Shown: positions 28,732-38,753, counted from the first letter of the stretch. The stretch: 59,510 nucleotides of DNA from Pseudomonadota bacterium (GCA_003242355.2 QGUH02000001.1:1-59510); one strand, 5' to 3'. Numbers and translations: made by a program. The notes: a model not told the origin generated them from the sequence alone.

Positions 28732-29190
28732 TCAGATCGAGTACCGAAGAACGCGGGGCTGCTCGCCTTCCTCCGCCGCGCGGCGAACCATGTCGGCGAG
28801 CGTGGTGGTTTCGAGCACGTGAAGCGACGCCGCGTGCGCGTCTTTGAGGACGAGGCGAACGGCGCACGTCTGTTCGTTCCGACACTCGGCGCAGCGCTGG
28901 TACGCCGTGCGGCTCAGGCACGACACCGGAGCGATGGGGCCGTCGAGCACCCGGAGCACCGCGGCGATGGTGATCTCTTCCGGCTTCTTGGCGAGGAGGT
29001 ACCCGCCACCGCGCCCCTTGCGGCTGTGGAGAAAGCCGTGCTGGCGGAGCTCGGCCAGAATCAGCTCCAGGAATTTGCGGGGGATTCCTTCCTGTTCGGC
29101 GATTTCCGCGATGAGCACGGGCGTCTCCGGCGGCGCGAGGGCGAGCCGACCCAACGCCTTCAGGGCGTACTTCGCTTTCATCGTGATCAT
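28732..29190 (-). CDS. Rrf2 family transcriptional regulator (Cys-rich, probable Fe-S)
   Basis: IAEQEGIPRKFLELIL...SRKGRGGGYLLAK and C-x8-CxxC-x5-C. Confidence 0.93.
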   Translation of the reverse strand: MITMKAKYALKALGRLALAPPETPVLIAEIAEQEGIPRKFLELILAELRQHGFLHSRKGRGGGYLLAKKPEEITIAAVLRVLDGPIAPVSCLSRTAYQRCAECRNEQTCAVRLVLKDAHAASLHVLETTTLADMVRRAAEEGEQPRVLRYSI

Positions 29191-29294
29191 GCGAAACCGT
29201 GCTCTTTCGCGGAGGGAATGCCCGGCCGCCCGAACTGCCGGTGGGTGCGTACCTCTATTTGCCCCCCGGCGCGCACGGCGCAAGCCTTTCTCGC

Positions 29295-29729
29295 ATGCTC
29301 ATCGACCAGCTCAAGGCGCGCATGTTCGACGCCATCCGGGAGCGCCGCGACGTGGAGAAGGAGATTCTCCGGGTCGCGATTGGAGAGATCACGACCGACG
29401 CAACGCGTCCGGGTCGGAAGGGAAGCGACGAAGAAGCGATCGCCGTGGTGCGCCGGCTCCTCAAGTCCATCGAGGACTCGCTCGCCATGACCGTCACCGA
29501 TCAGGCTCGAGAACGACTCGACGAGGAGCGGCGCGTGCTGCTCTCCGTCTTGCCGCCGGCGCTCGGGGAAGACCAGGTGGTCGAGGCGCTCACCCCGGTG
29601 GCTGATGCCGTCCGCTCGGCGTCGGGAGACGGCCCGGCGATGGGCATCGCGATGAAGCACCTCAAGGCGTCGGGCCTCACGGTGGATGGCAAGGTCGTCG
29701 CCGCCGCCGTCCGCCGCGTGCGCGGCTGA
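29295..29729 (+). CDS. GatB/YqeY domain protein
   Basis: Helical pattern DQLKARMFDAIR...SDEEAIAVVRR...LPP...MGIAMK...VDGK. Confidence 0.85.
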   Translation: MLIDQLKARMFDAIRERRDVEKEILRVAIGEITTDATRPGRKGSDEEAIAVVRRLLKSIEDSLAMTVTDQARERLDEERRVLLSVLPPALGEDQVVEALTPVADAVRSASGDGPAMGIAMKHLKASGLTVDGKVVAAAVRRVRG

Positions 29730-29752
29730 GCCCGCTGGAATGAGCGGCCAGC

Positions 29753-31804
29753 TCACTCGACCACGATCACGACCGGTGGAATCTGGAACTTGTCCCACGC
29801 GGGCGTCAGATTGCTGCCCTGCACCGTCGTGACCTGTCCTCCGTTCACGATCCGGTTCTGGTTCCAGAGGTACACGGCCGGGTAGGTCGTGATCGCGCCG
29901 GTTGCGTCGTCGACCACCACGCCGGCCATGTAGAGCTGCGACGAGCGCACGCCCGACGGGTTGCCGTCGTCGAGCGTCGCCGGCGTGTGCTCGGAACGGG
30001 GGATGGTGAACTGCCCTTCGTACTTCCGCGCCGACGAGAAGATGAGAAAGTAGTACGTCTTGCCGTCGACCGACAGCGCGCTCGGCGACCACTTCGGCCA
30101 GCTGTTGACGTACCCGATTTCCGGATCGTCACCGGCGCACGCGACGGGCTGATTGGCGCGCAAGGGCGTGGAGGTGCCGCCCGTGCTCGGAATGACGTGG
30201 ATCTCTCCGTACCGGTGATAGTAGGGGCCGTCCACGCAGCGCGGGCACGCTCCCTTCCGCGGTGCCCGCGTGAAGGCAATCAGCCGATCGTCGGCCGAGA
30301 ACGAGGGATAGTACTCGTAGTAGTTCGGATCGGCCGCGCCCTGGAGCGGCGTCACCATGCCACCGCGCCGCCCATTGAACGGCAACATGTAGATGTCGGC
30401 ACGGTTCGCGTCGTAGCTCGGGTGCCCGTTCGGCGACACGTCGGTCGACACGTAGACGATGCGGTCACCCGCGTGACTGAAATTCGGGAGCACCGCGTTG
30501 CCGGGCTCCCCGTTCATCTCGAACACGCCCCAGGCCGTGCCCATCGCTGCCTGAATCGCTTGGTTGCGCGCACGCTGGGCCTGGCCGAGCGCGTCGTTCG
30601 TGTCGACCGTGGGCACCGTGTCGTCGATCGCCGCAGTGGTCTCGAGATCGATCCACGCGAGTCGATCGCTGCCGCCATAGCCGCTGAACGGGAGCGTCCG
30701 CGTCCCGTATCCGGTGATGAGCAGCCGATCGCCCGTCGTGAAATGGGCCGGGCTCATCGACTGCGTGCCCAGCCACGGCATCTTGAGCAGCGCGCGCGCG
30801 CCCGGCGTGAGGAAGCTCGGGATCGCGCCGGCGTCCTCCTGGCGCACGGAGGCGATTGCCTTGTTCCAAGGCCAATCGTCGGTGAACACGACGGCAGCGC
30901 CGTCGGGCGTGGAGGTGTGGCAGCCCACACACTGCACCTCGCCGGGATTGAACCCGGGCTTGCCGCCGCCGTAGGTGCCCCGCAAATCCCGGCCTTCCTC
31001 GTGGATCACGCCGGTAAACTGCACGCGCTTCGGCGTGAGCGTTTCGACCACGCCTTCCTCGCCGACGCTGAACCCGAGCAGCTTGGACGAGTCCGGGCCG
31101 ACGGCGGCGCTGTTCACGGTCCAGAACACCATGCTGCCCACGGCGTTGACGGGCGCGATGAGAATGTCGCCGCGCACGCCGCTCGGCATTCCGGGCGCAT
31201 TGCTGCGAATCGCCCGGATCGTCACGGTCATGGGTTTGCCCGCGTTGTTGGGCGCGGCCTTCTCCCAAATTTCCGCGGGCATCGTCCAGGTCGTGCTCTT
31301 CGTGTACGCGACCAGGTCGTGGCGCTGCACCGGGCTCTGAATCCGGATCTCGAAGAGGTCGCCGTTCGCCGTGAAACGGAATCGCGGACGAAGCCAGTTC
31401 GGCGGAATGAGCGCCCCGGGCGAATCACCCGACGAGAGCTCGGGCTCGAGCACGCACGGAGCCGGTCCCGCGAACGCGTCCGGCGCCCCGAAGAGAGAGG
31501 GCGCGTCGTTCGGAACACCGGAGTCCAAAATCGGAGCTTCGGGGAAATCCGTGCAGTCTGCGTTGCACGTCGGCGTCGGCAGCTCCCCGGTCTGCGGCAT
31601 GGGGCGCGTCTCCGGCTCCAGGATCGGAGGCGGCATCTGCACGCCCGGCGTTCCCGGTGTCGTCGGGGGAACGGTGGGAGTTCCCGGCGGAGAATTCGAG
31701 CCCGCTTGCGGGCGCCCGCCGCCCGCCTCGCTCGACGAGCAGCCGAGTGCAGCGAGCGCCATCCAACAGCCGAATAAGGAAACGCAGCGTACGAACGAAG
31801 CCAT
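29753..31804 (-). CDS. TolB/PD40-like beta-propeller lipoprotein with a CxxCH motif
   Basis: Lipobox ALGC; PNFS, YYPSFSADD, SWPKWSP and IFSSAR propeller motifs; CVGCH. Confidence 0.75.
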   Translation of the reverse strand: MASFVRCVSLFGCWMALAALGCSSSEAGGGRPQAGSNSPPGTPTVPPTTPGTPGVQMPPPILEPETRPMPQTGELPTPTCNADCTDFPEAPILDSGVPNDAPSLFGAPDAFAGPAPCVLEPELSSGDSPGALIPPNWLRPRFRFTANGDLFEIRIQSPVQRHDLVAYTKSTTWTMPAEIWEKAAPNNAGKPMTVTIRAIRSNAPGMPSGVRGDILIAPVNAVGSMVFWTVNSAAVGPDSSKLLGFSVGEEGVVETLTPKRVQFTGVIHEEGRDLRGTYGGGKPGFNPGEVQCVGCHTSTPDGAAVVFTDDWPWNKAIASVRQEDAGAIPSFLTPGARALLKMPWLGTQSMSPAHFTTGDRLLITGYGTRTLPFSGYGGSDRLAWIDLETTAAIDDTVPTVDTNDALGQAQRARNQAIQAAMGTAWGVFEMNGEPGNAVLPNFSHAGDRIVYVSTDVSPNGHPSYDANRADIYMLPFNGRRGGMVTPLQGAADPNYYEYYPSFSADDRLIAFTRAPRKGACPRCVDGPYYHRYGEIHVIPSTGGTSTPLRANQPVACAGDDPEIGYVNSWPKWSPSALSVDGKTYYFLIFSSARKYEGQFTIPRSEHTPATLDDGNPSGVRSSQLYMAGVVVDDATGAITTYPAVYLWNQNRIVNGGQVTTVQGSNLTPAWDKFQIPPVVIVVE

Positions 31805-31958
31805 CCGTCCGACCTCTTGCCGAACGGGTAGCATGAAAACTCGGCGCCTGCTTCCGCGCGCCGCCGTGCGGATCCCCCCCGGCGGCGCGTTCGATGTTCA
31901 CCAAAATCCGATAAAATTCGATGTCGGGCGAAGCGCGCTCCGTTCGTAAAGCTCCTTT

Positions 31959-34900
31959 TCACTCCGGAATGGCGGAGCGGCAAGCGGAAGTGCAGCGCGG
32001 ACCGCCATCGCATTCTTCGCCGAAGCGTTCCTGAACACGCCCGTCACCGCAGTACGGAGCGCGGGTGCAGCTCGTGGTGCACGCGCCCTTGCCGTATGGA
32101 TCTTCCTCGTTGTCGTCGCCCTCGTCGCACTCCTCGGGACCGTTCTTCTTCCCGTCGCCGCAGTAGGGCGCCAGCGTGCAGTCCTCGTTGCAGGTGCCGT
32201 ACGAGCCGTCGTTGACGCCGTCGTCGCATTCCTCGCCGGGATCCTTGATGCCGTTGCCGCAAGCCCAGCGGCACAGCGCGTCGCACACGCCGCCTTCGGC
32301 TCCGTTCTCGTCGCCCTCGTCGCACTGCTCGCCGGGGTCGAGTCTGCCGTCGCCGCACGTCGGCAGCGGCACGCGGCCACCGCATCCGGCCTCGCACGAG
32401 CCCGGCAGCCCGCTGCCGTTGTCGGGGCCGTCGTCGCAAACCTCACCGAACGCTTCGTCCACGCGCCGGTCACCGCAGTACGGAGCGGGGCGACACAAAT
32501 CGGTGCACGCGTTCTCGCCGTATGCGTCCGCGGAATTCTCCTCTCCGGCGTCGCACGCCTCGAAGGCGCCCTGAACCACGCCGTCGCCGCAGTACGGTGG
32601 TTTCACGCAGCCGGGCGCGCACGCGTCGGGCGTCGTCGCATACACATCGACGTTGAGCCCGAGGTCGCACTCCTCGGGGCCGTTCACCTCGCCGTCGCCG
32701 CAGTACGGCGCCAGCGTGCAATCGGGATTGCAGCCGCCGTAGCTCCCGTCGTTCGTGCCGTCGTCACACGCTTCGTCGGGCGTCACGATGCCGTTCCCGC
32801 ACTCGGGGCGGCACACCGTTCGGTCGGCGTTGAAGCCGGTGAGCGTGAGGCGATAGCTCGACTCCGACGTGTGGCGTTCGGCCTGGAAAACGACGATCTC
32901 GTAGACCTTGCCCTCTTCCAGATCGAGGTCGAGCTCGCCGTTCACCGTCGCGACCTGGGTGGCCGACGTATGAACCTGCGTCCTCGTCGTCGCGCGCCCC
33001 CCATCCAGGGTCATCGTGCCTTCGAGCGCCGAGTGAACGCCGCCGAGGTCGAGCGCGAGCTGGCCCTTGATGAACACCCAAACGTCGTCGTCTCCGCGGA
33101 AGTTCAGCACCTCCCCGCCGCGGTACTCGAACCAGTAGCGCACTTCGCTCGTGAAGTGGAAGTTGCGCGCGGGAGTGCTGCCATCGACGCCGAAGCCCTC
33201 GTCGTCGATCGGGAAGAACCCGTCCGTCGCGTTCATCAGATCGTCGGGACGATCGAACTCGTACGAGCCGTCTTGCCGACGCTGCAGCACCATGCGCTGT
33301 AGGATCGTGGTGTTGCGATCCGAGTCCCGATACCAGTCGTAGAAGCTGGCGTCGCTAGTGATGATGGGAGCGGAAATGGTCCCGCGGATGGCCACCGGCG
33401 TTCCGGAAGGGTTGGGATTGCGCCGCGGCTTGCCCTCGTCGTCGAGCAAGGGAAGCACGAGCCCCTGCGAGGTGGCGATGAAGGGCTGCTCGAAGTCGGG
33501 GTGCCCTGCGGGGAAGCCCGGTGGGTCGTCCGCCACTTTGCTGCTCGCTCGGAAATCGCGAATCACGAGCGGCAGCTCGATCGACTCGTTCGCGATCGGC
33601 TGGTGCTCGCACTCGTAGCCGGAGGTCGGCTCCAGCTTGCAGTCCGCGCTGCAGCCGTCCCCCGAGACGGTGTTGCCGTCGTCGCATTCCTCGTCGTCGC
33701 TCGACAGGCGGATGCCGTCGCCGCACGCGGACACGCACTCGCCGCCGCTGCAATCCGGCTCGATCTCGCAGAACGGCGTGCACCCGTCGCCGAGGTCGTT
33801 GTTCCCGTCGTCGCACGGCTCGAGGCCCTCCCGAACGCCGTCGCCGCAGACCGTTTTCTTGCACGTGCTCGGCTCGCCGGAGCAGGCCCAGCCGGGCTCG
33901 AGCTGACAGAGCGACGAGCAACCGTCGCCATTGTCGAGGTCGCCGTCGTCGCACTGCTCGCGCCCGACGACGATGCCGTCCCCGCAAATCGGACGACACG
34001 CCGCTCCCGGCGGGCACTCCCAGCCCGGCTCGAGCTCGCAGCGCGCGGAGCAGCCGTCACCACTCTTCGGCGGATCGTTTCCGTCGTCGCAGGTCTCGTC
34101 GCCTTCGACGCGGCGGTCACCGCACACCACCGTGGAGACACAGGGCTCCCCCGGTTCGGGGCAACGGTAATTCGCTTCCACGCGACACTGAGCGCTGCAC
34201 CCGTCCCCGCCCTCGGCATTCCCGTCGTCGCACTCCTCACCCAGAAGGAGCGTGACCTCGCCGTCGCCGCAAAAATCCGTGAGCACACAGGGCTCGCCGG
34301 GGATGCTGCAGGTATATCCGGGGGTTACCTCGCACTCGTCGGTGCACCCGTCGTTCGGATTCGTGTTCCCGTCGTCGCAGACCTCGCCGGCGTTCACGAC
34401 GCCGTCGCCGCACTCGGCCGTGGCCACCGGGGTGCACGGCTCGCCGGGCACGGCACAGCCCCACCCCGGCTCCACCACGCACTCGTCCGAGCACCCGTCA
34501 CCGGACTCCTCGTTGCCGTCGTCGCAGTGTTCCTGGCCGCCGAGCACGCCGTCGCCGCAACGGATGGTGGAAACACAGCGCTCGCCGGGTGTCGGGCAGT
34601 TGTAATTGGGCTCCTGCGTGCAGATTCCGCTGCAGCCGTCACCGGGCCGGGAATTGCCGTCGTCGCATTCTTCGTCCTCGTCCAGCTCGCCGTTGCCGCA
34701 CAGCCGTTCGACCGGCTCGCAGTCGGTGCAGGCGCCCCCGTCACCCCCGACGTTGCCTGCCCCGGCGTCCCCGCCGGGCGGCCGAATGGGAGGTTGGCCA
34801 CCCTTACTGCTACTGCTGCCACCGATCCCATCGGGGCTGGTCCCCGGGCCTCCCCCCATTCCCCGGTCGTTCGGGGTGATGAGCTCGGGGTCGGACCCGC

Positions 34901-34964
34901 ACTGAGGAAGAACCAAGAGGGCAGAGAGCGCCCACCCAAACGTAGCAAGCCCGAGACGCGACAT
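31959..34964 (-). CDS. Fibro-slime (PA14-like) protein with many DUF4215 Cys-rich repeats
   Basis: Signal peptide with Cys (LPQCG), more than ten CGDG/CGNG..CDDG repeats, RDF...HPDFE, NFHFTSE, FRGDDDVWVF and FQAER motifs. Confidence 0.92.
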   Translation of the reverse strand: MSRLGLATFGWALSALLVLPQCGSDPELITPNDRGMGGGPGTSPDGIGGSSSSKGGQPPIRPPGGDAGAGNVGGDGGACTDCEPVERLCGNGELDEDEECDDGNSRPGDGCSGICTQEPNYNCPTPGERCVSTIRCGDGVLGGQEHCDDGNEESGDGCSDECVVEPGWGCAVPGEPCTPVATAECGDGVVNAGEVCDDGNTNPNDGCTDECEVTPGYTCSIPGEPCVLTDFCGDGEVTLLLGEECDDGNAEGGDGCSAQCRVEANYRCPEPGEPCVSTVVCGDRRVEGDETCDDGNDPPKSGDGCSARCELEPGWECPPGAACRPICGDGIVVGREQCDDGDLDNGDGCSSLCQLEPGWACSGEPSTCKKTVCGDGVREGLEPCDDGNNDLGDGCTPFCEIEPDCSGGECVSACGDGIRLSSDDEECDDGNTVSGDGCSADCKLEPTSGYECEHQPIANESIELPLVIRDFRASSKVADDPPGFPAGHPDFEQPFIATSQGLVLPLLDDEGKPRRNPNPSGTPVAIRGTISAPIITSDASFYDWYRDSDRNTTILQRMVLQRRQDGSYEFDRPDDLMNATDGFFPIDDEGFGVDGSTPARNFHFTSEVRYWFEYRGGEVLNFRGDDDVWVFIKGQLALDLGGVHSALEGTMTLDGGRATTRTQVHTSATQVATVNGELDLDLEEGKVYEIVVFQAERHTSESSYRLTLTGFNADRTVCRPECGNGIVTPDEACDDGTNDGSYGGCNPDCTLAPYCGDGEVNGPEECDLGLNVDVYATTPDACAPGCVKPPYCGDGVVQGAFEACDAGEENSADAYGENACTDLCRPAPYCGDRRVDEAFGEVCDDGPDNGSGLPGSCEAGCGGRVPLPTCGDGRLDPGEQCDEGDENGAEGGVCDALCRWACGNGIKDPGEECDDGVNDGSYGTCNEDCTLAPYCGDGKKNGPEECDEGDDNEEDPYGKGACTTSCTRAPYCGDGRVQERFGEECDGGPRCTSACRSAIPE

Positions 34965-35391
34965 CGAAGTACCACATCCTATAACGCGCGCCCTACATCG
35001 GCAATCGGAGCCGCACTTGGATGCACGAATCTCTCGAATCGTTCGAATCGGATTCGCGCCAATCCCAGCGCGCCTTGCCGTTTCAGTCTGGGATCAGGGG
35101 GGCCAGTCCCTCGCGTCTTTCCGCCGCCTTCGCCCGCCGTGCTCGCGATAGCGCCGCACTCGCTCCGCGAGCCGAACGCGAATTCGTGTTCCGAATCCGC
35201 CTTTGTCTCGTCCCCTCGTCTCCCCCGTGAGCCCGAAATCTAGGCTCGCTGAATTCTCCGGTGGCACTTCCGTTCGTCGCACTAAAGGGTTCTCCCCCCC
35301 TCCCAGGACTTTCGTCGTCGTCAGAATTGCAGCAATCCGCAGGGCCCGTGCCGCACATTCGGAAGACGCCGAAAGCAGCGGCGCACGGGGC

Positions 35392-35426
35392 CCACGGGCT
35401 TGCGGTTGGGCGCCCGTTTTGGGGTG
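35392..35426 (+). repeat. 35-bp exact direct repeat, copy A
   Basis: ccacgggcttgcggttgggcgcccgttttggggtg, identical to 37110-37144. Confidence 0.9.
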
Positions 35427-35671
35427 GCGGTGCTCGGTCGGGGCCTTCGGTGAATTCGGCGACGCGCCGGCCGTTTCCAGACAGGGTTTTCTCGTTGGAC
35501 GGCGGGCGAGGACCGAAGGAAACTACTAACTTGGCTCAGAAGTGCGAATCCCGGTGTCCTAGGCCCGGGCGGTGGCCGCAGGTTTGGCCGCAGGGCTGAC
35601 GCGGCGCACGGCAATTCCCGCACGCAGCGGCGTGAGCAGCGCCGAGCCGACACGGTCAGGGTAACTTCCTC

Positions 35672-36565
35672 ATGATTCCAGCGCCCTCCCACGCGTTTCT
35701 CGTTCGCTTCGCTCCGCATCTCGCAGCCCTGCTGATTGTCACTGGAGCTTGCGCCAAAGCCGTTACCGAGGATTTACCCGGGCGCGACGACCAAGGCGGC
35801 GGGAGCAGCAGTGGCGGGCAAACTCCCGAGGGTGGCAGCAACCCGGCTTCGGGCGGTATGGGAGGCGGAAGCGGCGGCACGCACGGCGGCAGCGGCGGGC
35901 TCGCAGCAGGCGGCAGCGTCTCGGGAGGCAGCGGTGGTGCTTCGGGCAGTGCGGGTGCGGGCGGGTCGAGCCCCACCGGCGGCACGCCCGCAAGCGGTGG
36001 CGCGCCCGATAGAGGAGGCGCGGGCATGGGTGGCAGCGATGGAGACATGCCGACCGGCGGTTCTGCACCGGGCGGCGGCGGCTCCGCTGACGACGGCGAA
36101 GCGGGCGAGAGTGGGCAGGGCGGCAACGCCGCGGGGGGCATGGGCGGTCAGGCCTCCGGCGGAGCTCCGCCGAGCGGCGGCGGCCCCTCGGGCGGCGACG
36201 GCGGCGAAGAGTGGAGCGGCGGTGCCGACGGAACCGGCGGTGTTCTCGGAGAGGGAGGCAGCGCGGGAGCGCCGATGATGGACGGCTGCGATTGGGACGC
36301 CCCGAGCTGCGAAGACGAATCGTGCGATGGCGCGTGCCCGACCAACGACGGCGGCGACTGTCTGAATCGGTGCCGCCCCCTCGTTCAGTGCTTGCAGGAG
36401 AACCCGAACTGCGGAACCGACGCCGATCCCATGTGCGTCAAGCGCACCAACGGCGCACCGAACAAGTGCACCACGCAGTGGGAAACGGCCGGCGCCGGCA
36501 TGCAGAGGCCCTCGCAGATCGCGGTAGCCTACTTCGAATGCGCCTGCGGCATCGAGGTGCCCTGA
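35672..36565 (+). CDS. Gly/Ser-rich lipoprotein with small Cys-rich C-terminal domain
   Basis: Lipobox-like TGAC, long GGSGG linker, C-terminal domain with about 12 Cys. Confidence 0.75.
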   Translation: MIPAPSHAFLVRFAPHLAALLIVTGACAKAVTEDLPGRDDQGGGSSSGGQTPEGGSNPASGGMGGGSGGTHGGSGGLAAGGSVSGGSGGASGSAGAGGSSPTGGTPASGGAPDRGGAGMGGSDGDMPTGGSAPGGGGSADDGEAGESGQGGNAAGGMGGQASGGAPPSGGGPSGGDGGEEWSGGADGTGGVLGEGGSAGAPMMDGCDWDAPSCEDESCDGACPTNDGGDCLNRCRPLVQCLQENPNCGTDADPMCVKRTNGAPNKCTTQWETAGAGMQRPSQIAVAYFECACGIEVP

Positions 36566-36572
36566 CGACCAG

Positions 36573-36896
36573 TCAGTGCCCCACGGAGCCGGCGCCCTGC
36601 GATCCCCCGATCGGCTCCGTCCCCTCGCCTTCGACGGATCCCCCGCCGCGGCGATCGGGATCGTAGCGGGGCCGCCTTTCCTCATCGAGCTCCCAGCCCG
36701 GCCCGAGCTCCTGTTCCGTTCCGACGCGGGGCCCCTCCTGAAGACGGTCCGCCGGGTATACGCCATCGGCCCCCACGCCGCGACCATCGGAGGTGGTCGG
36801 CGGGGGCGGCGGGTAATCGCGAGTTGGCGACCGAAGCGGCACCTCCCGCCCTCCGCCGCAAGCGGCCAACACCGCGCCGACCGCCAGCACACTCAC
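36573..36896 (-). CDS. Small hypothetical lipoprotein; start uncertain, may lie further upstream
   Basis: Lipobox LAAC followed by a Pro/Gly-rich hydrophilic region. Confidence 0.55.
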   Translation of the reverse strand: MSVLAVGAVLAACGGGREVPLRSPTRDYPPPPPTTSDGRGVGADGVYPADRLQEGPRVGTEQELGPGWELDEERRPRYDPDRRGGGSVEGEGTEPIGGSQGAGSVGH

Positions 36897-37109
36897 GAGT
36901 CGAAACCCCGCAGCCACGAGGCGCAGACCAAGCAACAACCATACCGGCCGACCATCTGGACCGTTGGCAACGTTCCCCTGCTCGCGTTCAGCCGACGGGC
37001 AGCACGCAAGCCATGCGGAAAACCGAGGGTCGTCCCGAGAGCAGAAATGCGCCCGGGTCTCCGAGTAGCGGCGTGACCTCCCGAGCGAGCACCCATTCGG
37101 GTTAGCCTG

Positions 37110-37144
37110 CCACGGGCTTGCGGTTGGGCGCCCGTTTTGGGGTG
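37110..37144 (+). repeat. 35-bp exact direct repeat, copy B
   Basis: Identical to 35392-35426. Confidence 0.9.
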
Positions 37145-37295
37145 CCGACCGCTCCCTACCGTCAGCCCCGAACACGAGACATTCGGGTCGTCCGAGCGGA
37201 GTGCGGCAGGGGCGGCCGCCGCCGCCCCCTTCGCCACAGCGGGCTTCCGAACACGGGCGCCTCGCTCGAGGCTGAACCGCGCGTGGCTCCGAGCG

Positions 37296-38753
37296 TCAGG
37301 CGAGCTCGCTCAAGGGGCCGGTGTTCAGCTTGGGGTCGGGCTGATCGCCGAACTGATTGATCTCCACGCCGAACGCGTTCGCGATCGAGATCAACAGGTG
37401 GTTATTGGTGACGCCCTGGAAAACCGCGTCGTTCTCGCTGCACCAGAGATTGCTCTCCGGGCAGTCCGGCACGAGCTTGATGCGACGCCCCATGCGGAAC
37501 TTTCCGTTCGCGCCACCGGCGAGCACCGTCGGCACGTTGCGCGTGCTGTGGAGCGCCGGATTTCCCATGTCGCTCGACACGTAAATCAGCGTGCTGTCGA
37601 GCACGCCGAGCTCGTCGAGTCGCTGCATGAACCGCGCGACCTTGGAGTAGCTGTACCGGTTGAACTTCGCGAGCGGGAGCCACGTCGACGGATCGCCGGG
37701 GCCGACGGGGTTTCCGTTGTTGCCCACCGGTGAGGCGCTGTACGTGTGCGCGACCGACCCGTGATTGTCCGCCGGAAGCCCGAGCGGGTTCCCGTCGTAC
37801 GACAGGTCGTTCAGGAACAGCGTCGCGAACCGCGTCACGTCGCAGGCGAGCGCCTGCGCGAGCACGTCGATGTGCGCATCCGTGATCGCGTCGAAGTACG
37901 GCTCGCCGCCGTTGTAGCGCTCGAGCTTGGGGAAGGACGACGGCGCCTTGGCATTGCACGAAACCGCGCCGCCGCCGTCACCACCCCCGGCAACCGGACC
38001 CGAGAGGCGCTTTTCGAGATCCGACAGCGCACTGAGGTGCTGATCGAGCTTTTCGCGCTCGGCGCTCGCCAGCCGCGAGCGCAACCGGTTCACGTCGGCG
38101 CGGATGAAATCGAGCACGCCTTGCCCGAGCCGGCGCTTCCGCTCGGCATCGGGATCCGGCATCCCGCCGCCTCCCGTGGAGGCTCCGCCGAGCAAAAGCT
38201 CGTACGCCTTCACGGGGTCGATGATCTTGGAGAGCGGCTCGCCACCCGGACCGTACGAGAGCGCTTCGCCCGACTTGAGCTCCTTCGTCCCGACCGCCAG
38301 CGCCACGCTGGTGACGGGCGTCGCGTTCCCCAACCCCTTCTCCACGGCGAGGAACTGATCGAGCGAGATGTTCTTCGGCTTGAGCTCTCCGCCGATGCGG
38401 CTACCCGTGAGGATGGTGCCCGCCGTGTCGTGACCGTTGGCGCTCGAGATGAGATCGATGCCCTCGATGACGATGATCTTGTCCTTGAAGCTCTTGCCGT
38501 ACGTCCCGGGATCGTCGAACGGCAGGAGCGACGAGTTCTCGAAGCGCAGATCGAAGTTCGTCTCCGTGTCCGTCGAGCGGCGCACCCAATGCTCGGCGGC
38601 GATGCCGTGCGGGTGGTAGATCGTCACGAACTTGAGCGGCAGCGTCTCGCCCATGGACTGGGCGAAGGAGTTTTCCACCAGCCGGAAGCACGGAAGGGCG
38701 GCGAATCCCGCGCCGACGGCTCGAAGGAACGTGCGGCGGCTCGATCGTTTCAT
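37296..38753 (-). CDS. DUF1552 family protein (Tat-exported)
   Basis: SRRTFL twin-arginine motif; SLDQFLA, KLDQHL, ALACDVTR, LDSTLI and H....VP.VLAGG motifs. ATGA overlap with the upstream partner. Confidence 0.88.
   Translation of the reverse strand: MKRSSRRTFLRAVGAGFAALPCFRLVENSFAQSMGETLPLKFVTIYHPHGIAAEHWVRRSTDTETNFDLRFENSSLLPFDDPGTYGKSFKDKIIVIEGIDLISSANGHDTAGTILTGSRIGGELKPKNISLDQFLAVEKGLGNATPVTSVALAVGTKELKSGEALSYGPGGEPLSKIIDPVKAYELLLGGASTGGGGMPDPDAERKRRLGQGVLDFIRADVNRLRSRLASAEREKLDQHLSALSDLEKRLSGPVAGGGDGGGAVSCNAKAPSSFPKLERYNGGEPYFDAITDAHIDVLAQALACDVTRFATLFLNDLSYDGNPLGLPADNHGSVAHTYSASPVGNNGNPVGPGDPSTWLPLAKFNRYSYSKVARFMQRLDELGVLDSTLIYVSSDMGNPALHSTRNVPTVLAGGANGKFRMGRRIKLVPDCPESNLWCSENDAVFQGVTNNHLLISIANAFGVEINQFGDQPDPKLNTGPLSELA

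Noticed and set aside
35030-35070. tRNA suggested by GTTCGAATC (T-loop-like)
   Set aside because: No T-stem, acceptor stem or cloverleaf could be built around it.
35337-35426. c-di-GMP-I (GEMM) riboswitch
   Set aside because: A GAAA segment is present, but I could not match the conserved GEMM junction and receptor sequences.
35392-37144. CRISPR array suggested by 35-bp repeats
   Set aside because: Only two copies, 1.7 kb apart, with no spacer periodicity and no cas genes.
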